From the NCBI GenBank assembly GCA_038087875.1, contig JAXLNO010000479.1, positions 1 through 64,000 on the forward strand: a DNA stretch of 64,000 nucleotides, read 5' to 3'. Both the position numbers and the translations under genes were made by a program. Of the stretch, positions 53,101-64,000 are shown in pieces (position 1 is the stretch's first letter; every line of letters starts with the position of its first letter). The notes below the pieces were generated by a model, which saw nothing but the letters and a program-made list of their open reading frames with translations, searched no databases and was not told the origin of the DNA. This DNA is from Malacoraja senta. Taxonomy: Eukaryota.

Positions 53101-56100
53101 ATACATCGCGTATTCATATATAATGCTTTTAAAACAGAAAACTGTTAATCAGTCTGCAGTCTTATAGGGATTGAATAGTCACGTTTCTCGTCTATATTTC
53201 GGGTGACATTACTGATGAGGAATATCGTGATACACGCTTCCCTAGAAACATCTATAAGATTACCATGCTTCGTCAGCTAATGATATCTCTCGGCATTCAT
53301 GGCCTTAATGTCGATTCATTAATTTGTATCACAACAATCACCTGCATTGTTGCCAAAAAATGACCACACAATATCACGTGTCCATGATGACTGTGAAAGA
53401 TACTCAAATAAAAATCCTGGCAGGAATTCTCTTTCCACTTGTATATGGAACGTGATTATATTGGTTTCTGAAGGGCAGCCTAACTGCAATTCCCAGCAAC
53501 GGCACAGTAAGATTTAATTTTCATGTTATCTGAATTATTTATTTTGCTTGCAACAATTGTCATTGCCGATAGTACTCCGCACGCACGCAAAACGATTAAT
53601 TCGAAAGTAACACCGCAGTAGGCGGATTATGGTTTACTGTCTATTTTTGTTGTTCAATAACGAGGACAAATGTTTCAGAAAACACAGACACAGGAGATTG
53701 AGATTGAGATTGGAGATTGACGGATCGAGATCCTTCATCCGGACTGAGATTGCACGAGTGCAGACCAAGTGAAATCAGTCTAAGCATAGAAACATGGACA
53801 ATATATACAGGAGAAGGCCATTAAGCCCTTTGAGCCAACACTGCCATTCAATACGAATATGGCTGATCATCCAGAATCAGTACCCCGTTCCTGCTTTCCC
53901 CTCCATATCCCTTGATTCAGTTAGCCCTAAGAGCTATATCTAAATGGTGAGACGGGATATGAGATTGCGAAATTCCGATTTATATATTTCTTAAAACCAT
54001 TCAATTAAAAAAAAAATGTAGTTGTTCCTACAGAGAATGTTGTTCTTTTTGCAGTAATAATTTTATATCTAACTGATTACTGATATCCGTCCAATTTCGG
54101 GTCAACCAGCATCTGGGGATGGAATTGAATTTCGGGTAGAGACTCTTCTTCAGATAGTTTGAAGAATGATCCCGACCCGAAATGTCAATATGTCTGCGTC
54201 CTTTAGCGTTTTTCTAATTATCCATTAGTTGCCCGGTCAAATTACTTTTACTTTTTAATTACTTTTTAAGAAGATTATCTCCGTCGTACGTGTTCTACCC
54301 GCGTAAGAGGCGTTTTCTGAATTACAATCCGTATTTTAATAAACCAAACAAATTGGATCGCCGACTCTGTGCGAATATCGTTGCACTTCACATTTTGGGA
54401 GTGATGTAAACATTTATATCCAAATTCCAAATATATCCATAATGTCTTTTAATAGGCAGGCTAACAGGAAGGTCACGGATTTGAATCTAGAACGGCAAAT
54501 AGTTTTTTAAGTGGGATCCTGTGCGGATCCTTCAGTCGGACAGAATCTATTTTCTGGTTAAATTTAGCAAACACCCCAGTCACCTACTGAAGTCTAATAA
54601 TATCTCAGGGAAACCTTAATGCTGCTATGAGCATTGCATAAAGAAAGGAATTATGAGTGGTTTCTTTTTAATTTAATATTTTGTCGTTATTCTTATGGAT
54701 AACTGTCGTTAACACATTTTGCAATAAATTAAAAACGAGAAGCAATACATTATGTTTTAGTTATTTTCCCACAAAGCATTCTTGGCGAAGACATTCACTA
54801 ATTTCTTGTGAACTGTTATTCCCTTGTTTAGTTGAACAACTGTTGCTCTTCATTCGTTTTTGCTAATTAAGATACGGAGGTTTAAACATACACCTGAAAT
54901 TTATAATGATTCAGATATGTTGAAACTGTGCTACGTTGGTAAATAACAGACTTATTGATATGCTTGGAATATTGTACCAGTGTTATTGTAGTTGTGAATA
55001 TGTGCAATGTATTCGTATTGAAATCCTATATTCTGCATCTGTTGAGATGTACAATGGTGAGTTCGGCTCAGGAAACTATTAGGACCAGGGCAAACCTACA
55101 CGCCTCCAGACGCAGAGCAACACAATCTAAACAATAACAACGTGTTAATTGGAAATCTGAAATAGTGACAGAAAATGGTGGTATAGAAGTAGCTAATATT
55201 TCGTGTCCGATACCCTTGGCCCAGTTCCCCAGAACTGCGGAAAAAGAGAAGGAACATTTGTCTCTGTAGTAGAGTTGAAACGTGATGGCAATGAGTGTAA
55301 TAAAATAACCTTCTCTGTTAATGTGAAGTAATGCAACCATCAGGATCAGTTATGGCAGAGATCAAACTGGATTAAGTGAACAAGTACAAGTACCTGGTCC
55401 TTCACAGAAGCAACAATTGTGCGTTGCCTTTACGCATAATCTGCTAATTTTACCGAAATAACTTGGAACTCTGTCTATGATGAGAAGCAACTGGGCATCG
55501 CGTTCTTCGCAGTGTTGCCATCACCGATGGTCGGTGCGCTCAGGATGGGTCGGGTGACGTGGTTCTCTGTTGTTGTGCCCATGGTCCACATGACACATAA
55601 TAATTCCAATCTCTCAATTACCTGTACGGGAAATCCTGTTCCCGACATCAATTGCCTCCCGAACGCAGTTAAAATTCAACGATCTTCCTCTGCCAATATC
55701 TATTGAAGTCGTGAAAATAGAAAACCCTCTAAATATACATGTCCCGAAACCATCTTGATGCTCAGGGAACGTGACTTAGCAAAACAAATGGGATACTTCG
55801 CTCCATCTTCTTCACACAGCGACATTTCAGAAGCGCATAATAAACAAACAACACTCGGATGATGGTAACGAGAAAAATTAAACCTTGCATCAAACAGATC
55901 CCTATCAATCCCAGCCATCCCTTTCGACATCCCCGCAGAGACAACGTAATCCTCCTATTATCATCTTGTTTCGTGCATCTTGGCTGCCTCTTCACGAATT
56001 CGGTCAGCCAGATTGATAATGTTCACTTTTAAATCGAGGACGCATTCGACGCGGAGCGGGCGAGCTGTCGCCGGGGGTCGCCGGAGAGGAGCGCTCCGAT

Positions 56101-56742
56101 CGCTGGCCCGCGGCAGCCTGAAGCCGCGGTCTGCAGAGCACCAGCTGGCGCGGCGTCCTGGGCCTGGGATCCCCCGTTGGGGATCCGGGAGGAGAGGAGC
56201 ATCGACCGCCGGCCCGCGGCCAACTTCTACCGCGGGCGCAGAGTGGACGTACCATCAGGAGCGGGGTCCCTCGCCGGGGACCCCTGGAGCGGAGCTCCGA
56301 CCGCCGACCCTGCGTTCTGCGGTGCTTCCAGCTGCTGCGCGGCGGGGACTTTTGATCTTCGACCGCCGGCCTGCGGCCTACACCAACCTGAAGCCGCGGT
56401 CTCCGGTAGGGAAGTACCGATTTAGGACTTACCTGGACTTTACCTTGTCGACACATCTGGACGCACGCAGCGGCGACTGCGGAGGGTTGAGTTCCCGACC
56501 ACGGGGGAAATGGAGGAGGACTGGCCAAATTGTGTGCCTTCCTCCACAGTGATGAATGCTGTGGTGGATGTTTATTTTAAGATTATATTGTGTTTTTGTG
56601 TGTTATTTTTTCATCGTACCGCTGCTGGCAAATTCATTTCACTTGCACTTTATGTTTGCATTTTATGTGCAAGTGACGAATAAAACTGATTGTATTGTAT
56701 TGTTACATCTATATTACTAAAACTATGATCTTGATCGCTTTC
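45083..56742. repeat. Tandem macro-repeat copy 2 (11,660 bp)
   Basis: All ORFs recur at +11,660. Contains CR1 copies at 47108-48890 and 50285-53120 and the retroposon at 56030-56703. Confidence 0.97.
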
Positions 56743-58767
56743 GCTTGACCTGAAATGAAAGCAAATGGATTGTATTGTTGTCCTCGCCTGCTCTGTGTTT
56801 GGCTTGGCGTTACTTGACTTGACTTGGCTTGACTTGAATTGCCTTGGATGACTTGGATTGACTTGGATTGACTTGGATTGACTTGGATTGAATTGGATTG
56901 ATTTGGATTGACTTGGATTGACTTGACTTGACTTTATTTGACTTGACTTGGATTGACTAGGATTAACTTGGATTGACTTGACTTGGAGTGATTTGGAGTG
57001 ACGTGGAGTGACTAGGAGAGAGTTGGAGTGACTTGGAGTGACTTGGATTGACTTGGATTGACGTGGATTGTCATGGATTGACTTGGATTGACTTGAAATG
57101 GATTGACTTGACGATTTGAAATGGCTGGACGACTTGACTTGACTTGACTTGACCTGAAATGGATTGACTTGACTTGAAATGGATTGACTTTGTTGGCAAA
57201 TGGATTGTATTGTTGGCCCCGCTTGCGCTGTGCTTGGCTTTACTTGACTTGACTTGGCTTGGCTTGGATTGCCTTGGATTGCCTTGGATTGACTTGGAGT
57301 GACTTGGATTGATTTGGATTGACTTGACTTGAAATGGATTGACTTGACTTGACTGGACTTGATGTGAAATGAATTGACTTGACTTGACTTGAAATGGATT
57401 GACTTGACTTGACTTGAAATGGATTGTTGGCACTGCACTCACTGTGCTTGACTTGACTTGACTTTACTTGATTTGACTTGACTTGACTTGTTGGCCCTGC
57501 ACTCCGGTTGATCCAAATGTCCCGCTCACTCCGGAAGTCCCGCTCGATGAATCTACTCAGCCGCGTGAGTAGATTCAAGAGATTTTACTGTCGTATTTAT
57601 GTTGTGTCTGTTTGAGTGAGTGTGTGTGAGTCAGTGTGTGTGAGATGGAGGGTGGCTGAGTGTGCCTGTGAGTGTGTGATGGATATTGTGTGTGTGTGAG
57701 TGTGGCTGTGTGTGTATGTATGATCATATTGAATGGCGGTGCAGGCTCGAAGGGCCGAATGGCCTACTCCTGCACCTATTTTCTATGTATCTATGTATCT
57801 ATGTATGAATGTGTGTGTGTGTGATGGAGGGTGTCTGTGTGTGTGTGATGGATTGTGCGTGTGAGGTGGAGGGTATGTGTGTGCCATGGAGGGTGTGTGT
57901 GTGAGTCCGCCAGCCGTGAGTCAACTGCCAGCCCACCAGCCGCGAGTGGGTGACTCACATGACTGCCCACCTTTGGCCAACCTAAAACCACTCATTTCGG
58001 TCCACAATGCCCCTATTAGCCCAGAAACTAGTCCCATTTGCCGAAAATGACCGTATTAGCCCAGGAGGAGTATTTTGGCCCAAATCACATGTGCCAGGCC
58101 GGGAAAATTCAAGAAAAAGTGCCTTTAACTGAGATTTCACTCTGATTTATTTAAAGAGTACATTCGGCACATCATGCCTGTACTAGCCCAGAAGGAGTTC
58201 CTTCGGCCCATCAGTAAGTATTCCCCCTGCAAGTATTAAACCTCACCCCAGCATGTTTCTCCCTCCCATCAATGGCTCACAGTGAGATCCACTCCAGGTC
58301 AGACTTTCCTCCTTCATTGCTGTGATCTGATGAAAAATGTCTAAACTTGATTCTCCACCCTCTCCCTCTTCTCTCTCACAGAATCTCTCACCTGTTTTGA
58401 GCAGAATTTCTGGAAGTTTCTGAGCTGCCAGCCCACCAGCCCTGAGCTGCCAGCCCACCAGCTCTGTGTGAATGAGCTGCCAGCCCACCAGGCCTGAGCT
58501 GCCAGCCCGCCAGGCCTGAGTGACTGAACTGCCAGGCCTGAGTGACTGAACTGCCAGACCTGAGTGACTGAGTGACTGAACTGCCAGCACAGGAATCCAT
58601 TCGGCCCACAATGTCCAAACTAGCCCTCTGAAAACCAGTCCCTTCGGCCCACAACATTCATGCTAGCGCTCCAGAAAGACCCCCCTCCCCGAATGGCCAC
58701 CAATATTGGAATTGGTGGAGAGGTGGAATATTGCGTTTGGGGACCCAAAGGATCCCACTTAGTCTAG
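56708..58767 (+). mobile_element. Chimeric Helitron at the second array junction
   Basis: Same junction as 45048. CTAG at 58764-58767. Confidence 0.8.
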
Positions 58768-61700
58768 TTTATTGTAAATAGCTGCGGTCCCGGCACAGAC
58801 CCTTGCGGTACCCCACTAGCCACTGCCTGCCATTCTCAAAGGGACCCGTTAATCCCTACTCTTTGTTTCCTGTCTGCCAACCAATTTTCTATCCATGTCA
58901 GTTCTTTACCCCAATACCATGTGCCCTAATTGTGTCTTCTAATTTCCTATGAGGGACCTTATCAAATGCGTTCTGAAGGTCCAAGTACTCTACATCCACT
59001 GGCTTTCCCTTGTCCATTTTCCAAGTTACATCCTCAAACAATTCCATAAGATTAGTCAAGTACGATTTCCCCTTCATAAATCCATGCTGACTCGGACCGA
59101 TCCTGTTACTGCTATCCAAGGGTGCCGCTATTTGATCTTTTGCAAGTGACTCTAGTATCTTCCGCACCACCGATGTCAGGCTAACTGGTCTATAATTTCC
59201 TCTTTTCTCTTTCCCGCTTTTTAAAAAAAAGTGGGATAACATTAGCTACCCTCTAATCCGCATGAACTGATCCTGAACATTGGGAAATTAGCACCAATGC
59301 ATCCACGATATCCAGCGCCACCTGCTTGAGTACACTGGGATGCAGACCATCACGCCCTGGGGATTTATCAGTCTTCAGTCCCATCTGACTACCCAATACC
59401 ATGTCCTGCCTAATGTGCATTTTTTCAGATCCTCCATCACCCTAGATCCCATGGCCACTAGTACACCAGGGAGATTGTTTGAGCCCTCCTTAGTGAAGAC
59501 GGTTCCAAAGTACCTGTTCACCTCGTCTGCCATTTCTTTGTTCCCCATAATAAATTCACCATTTTCAGTCTTCAATTGTCCACATTTGGTCTTAACTATT
59601 TCTTTCCTCTACACATACCTAAATAAGTTTTTACTATCCTCCTTTATATTCGTAGCTAGCTTATCCGCGTACCTCATATTTTCTTCCCGTATTGCCTTTT
59701 TTGTTATATTCTGTTGCTCTTTAAAAGTTACCCAATTCTCTGGCTTCCCGCTCACCTATCCTATGTTATAATTCTTCTCTTTTATTTTTATACTGTCCCT
59801 GACTTCACTTGTCAGCCACGGCCGACCTTTACTCCCCTTAGAATCTGTCTTCCTCTTTGAAATGAATCTTCTGTACACCTTCTGTATTATTCCCAGAAAT
59901 ACCTGTCATTTTTGGTCCACTCCCATCCCTACTAGGGTATCTTTCCATTCAACTTTGGCCAGCTCCTCCCTCATGGCACCATAGTCCCCTTTGTTCAACT
60001 ATAATACTGACACCCCCGATTTACCCTTCTCCCTCTCAAATTGTATATCAAAACTTATCATATTTTGCGCACTTCCTCGTAATGTCTCCATTACCTCGAG
60101 TTCCCTTATCAAATCCGGTTCATTACACAACACTAAATCGAAGATTGCCTTCTCCCTGGTAGGCTCCAATACCAGCTGCTCTAATAAATCATCACGGAGG
60201 CACTCCTCAAACTCCCTTTCTTGGGGTCCAGTACCAACCTGATTTTCCCAGTCTACCTGCATGTTGAAATTTCAAATAACAACCGTAGCATTATCTTTAT
60301 GACATGCCAAATTTAACTCTTGATTCAACTTGCACCCTATATCCAGGCTACTGTTTGGGGGCCTGTTGATAACTCCCATTAGGGTCGTTTTACCCTTACA
60401 ATTCCTCAGATCTATCCATACTGACACATCTCCTGAATCTATGTCACCCCTCGCAAGGAACTGAATTACATTTCTCACCAACAGAGCTACCGCACCCGCT
60501 CTGTGCACCGGTCTGTATTCGATAAGATGTCTACCCTTGAATGTTCAGTTGAATTTATAATTACAATTTATAAATACTGGAATGTTCCGTTTATAATTAC
60601 TGCGATCCAATGCACTCGCACACATGTGAATCTTTAATTTTGTACCATCGTTAACAAATCGTCATTGTTTTAGTATTTCTGCATCGGATTGAATGATGGT
60701 TTTTCAAGTGATACCTTGTGAGATAGTGGACCGAATGATGACTTTTGCAATTGCATGTAATTCTCATTCCCGTGCTCTCTTCTCACACATCTGCCTGTAT
60801 ACCTAGTTTCTAACTCAGCACTATTGATGCAGATTGATTCATGCACTCCACCTCTTCTTAAGTCCAATTCCTAGCTCTTTCGTCTTTCAGACACGAGGGA
60901 AGAGGCTGTTGCATTCACATCATGCTACGAAGATCTCAATCTCCTTGTAAGATCCGGCTGACCACGGTGTATTTATCTACAAACCTGTAAATGTAGTTGG
61001 AGCAAGAACTGGTCACACAGCAGGAAGTGTACGGGGAGAGAGTAAGATGCGGACGACGCGGCTTTTCTGTGCGCCGATGTTGAAAATGATAGCGGACGAT
61101 GATTTGTCGCTTACCCTTTCTGATTTTGTGTGCGAGTCAGGGGGTCAGTGGCGGAGGGCGTGATGTCTGCAAGGTACAGGAATATGGAGATGGGTTTGGT
61201 TGGATTGTGATACTGATTGTGGATCTGTAGACAGACAATAGGAGGCCTTCTTCTCCAGATGTTCTGGAGATGACTGTACCGTGGCGCCATAGAGATGGCG
61301 TCCGATGAATTGTCCGAGAACGGTAGGCAAAATGTAATGTGTCAAGGGTGATTCTGAGGCTGGACTAATGTGCACGATGATCACCGCCTCTAGACAAGTT
61401 ATGATTGTGGATGCCAGAGACACTACATTCCAGCCACATAATTGACATATGTGTTATTTCCTCTTTTCCAATATATTGAAGCCAGAAAGAGAAACATGGG
61501 CTTAAATTTTCTCAAGTAATGCTTCTTTTTCAGAAACGCGGAGATCAGTATGTTTGAAGAAGGGTCTCCACCCGAAACGTCACCCATTCCTTCTATCCAA
61601 AGATGCTGCCTGTCCCGCTGAGTTACTCCAGCATTTTGTGTCTGTCTTCAGTATGTTTTAAGCAACTTGCGAATTTCAAACAGCTGTACGTTTACGTTTA

Positions 61701-64000
61701 CAAGCTTTTATCATACGGACCAAAAGCGAATGTTATGACGTTGCTTCTCAGTAAATGCTGCCGGCGTAGCCCCCCAGTTTGTGCAGCGGGATTAGACGAA
61801 ACAAACTTCCACCCGATATTCATACCAGAATTGATTCTTAAATGTTCAGTTTGTTATCAGTAGACTGCGGAGAGGTGCAACGCCTGGGTTTTCCAGGTGG
61901 CTGAATTTGTCAATGACCTTTTCAGGATTATGGTAAAGACATAGCACATAGAAAACAGGTGCAGGAGGAGGCCATTCGGACGTTCGATACAGCACCGCCA
62001 TTCATTGTGATCATGGCTGATCATCCACAATCAGATGACTGCCTTCTCCCCATACCCCTTGATTCCGCCAGCTCCACGAGCTCAATCTTATTCTCTTTTA
62101 AATTCATCCAGTGAATTGGCCTCCACTGCCTTCCGTCGCAGAGAATTTCACAACTTTCTGGATGCAAAACTTTTTTCACATCTCAGTTTAAAATGGCCTC
62201 ACCTTTATTCTTAGACTGTGGCCCCTGGTTCTGGACTTCCGCAACATTGGGAACATTTTCCCTGCATCTAGCTTGTCCAGTCCTTTTATAATTGTATATG
62301 TTTCTACAAGAACCCCCCTCATCCTTCTAAATTCCAGTCAATACAAGCCCAGTCTTTCCAATCTTTCCTCTTATGACATTCCCGCCACCCTCGGGAATAA
62401 CCTTGTGAACCTACGCTGCACTCCCTCAATGGCACGGATGTCCTTCCTCAAATTAGGAGACCAAATCTGCACACAATACTCCAGATGTGGTTTCAGTAGG
62501 GCCCTGTAAAACTGCAGAAGGACCTATACTCAAATCATCTCATTATGACGGCCAACATGCCATTCGCTTTCTTCGCAGCCTGCGGTAAATGCAAGTTTAC
62601 TTTCAATGACTGGTGTACAAGGAAACCCAGGTCTCGTTGCACTTCCCTTTTTCCTAATCTGACACAATTGATATAATAATCTGCCTCTTTGTTCTTGCCT
62701 TCAAAGTGGATAACCTCACATGTATCTACATTATACTCCACCTGCCATGCATCTGCCCTCTCAATCAACCTGTCCAGGTTACCCTGCAACTTCCTAGCAT
62801 CCTCTTCGCAGTTCACACTGCCACCCAGCTTTGTGCCATCTGCAAATTTGCTGATGTCACTTTTAATTTCATAATCCAATTCATTAATGTACATTGTAAA
62901 TAGCTGCGGCCCCAGCAACGAGCATTGCGGCACTCCTCTCGCACTGTCTGCCATTCTGACAGGGACCCGTTTATTCCTACTCTTTGTTTCCTGCCTGCCA
63001 ACCAATTCTCAATCCATGGCTTACCCTACCCTCAATACCTTGTGCTCCAATTTTGCCCACTATTCTCCTGTGTAGGACCTTATCAAAGGCTTTCTGAAAG
63101 TCCAGATACACTACATCCACTGGCTCTCCTTCATCCATTTTACCGGTCACATCTTCAAAAAATTCCGGAAGATTAGTCAAGCAGGATTTCCCCTTCATAT
63201 ATCCATGCTGACTTCGACCAATCCTATTACTATCATCCCAATGCGCCGTTATTACTTCTTTAATAATTGACTCCAGCATGCCCCCCAACCACCGATGTCA
63301 GGCTAACTGGTCTATAATTCTCCGTTTTCTCTCTCGCTCCTTTCTTGAAAATGGTGATAATTTTAGCTACCCTCCATCCACAAGCACAGTTCCTGAATCA
63401 AAGGAAAATGGGGAAATGATCACCAATGAGTCAACGATTTCTGGAGCCACCTACAGTACTTGAGTACCCTGGGATGCCCAGACCATCAGGCCCTGGGCAT
63501 TTTACAGCCTTCAGTCTCATCAGTCTACCCAATATTATTTCTCGTCTAATGCAAATGTATTTATGTTCCTCTGTCTTCCTAGATCCTCTGTCATCTAGTA
63601 CATCTGGGAGATTGTTGGTGTTTTCCTTATTGAAGACAGAACCAAAGTCCCTGTTCAACTCTTCTGCCATTTCCTTGTTCCCCATAATAATTTCACATGT
63701 TTCCGTCTTCAAGGGACCCACATGTGTCTGTACTAATCTTTTTCGCTTAACACACCTAAATAAGCTTTTTACTATCCTTCTTTATATTATTGGCAAGCTT
63801 AACGTCGAACTTCATCTTTTCACCCCGTATTGCCCTTTTAGTTACCTTCTGATATCCTTTGAAAGTTTCCAAATCCTCTGGCTTCCCTCTACTCTTTGCG
63901 ATATTATACATATTTTCTTTGAGTTTTCTACCGTCCCTAACTTCCCTTGTCTGCCACGGTTGCCTCTTACTCCTCTTAGAATCTTTCTTCCTCTTTGGAA
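56743..64000. repeat. Tandem macro-repeat copy 3 (truncated by the window end)
   Basis: Near-identical to copy 2 at +11,660. Confidence 0.97.

Overview
Eukaryotic vertebrate genomic DNA, most likely a cartilaginous fish such as a skate or ray. This is inferred from V-SINE/HE1-type SINEs, CR1, Rex/Babar and Penelope-like remnants, and shark-type GPR139-like receptors. Host genes: two convergent two-exon class-A GPCR paralogues with the same exon structure. One is intact on the minus strand (exon 1 30572-30503, exon 2 27615-26669, 338 aa). The other is a pseudogene on the plus strand (exon 1 5648-5717, exon 2 11088-11989). Neither exon 1 is in the ORF track. Between them lies a structurally complete but inactivated DIRS1-type tyrosine-recombinase retrotransposon (12305-17145) with ITRs, ICR, gag, RT/RH/MT and YR. 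A non-autonomous, satellite-filled Helitron (32059-35447, TC...hairpin-CTAG, A|T target) splits a CR1 LINE. From ~33483 to the window end the sequence is a near-identical tandem array with an 11,660-bp period. Each junction carries the 5' terminus of a second, different Helitron copy fused by microhomology into the interior of the first, which suggests Helitron-seeded segmental amplification. The rest is nested TE debris. Boundaries of decayed TE remnants are approximate, and family calls come from motif recognition, not database searches.
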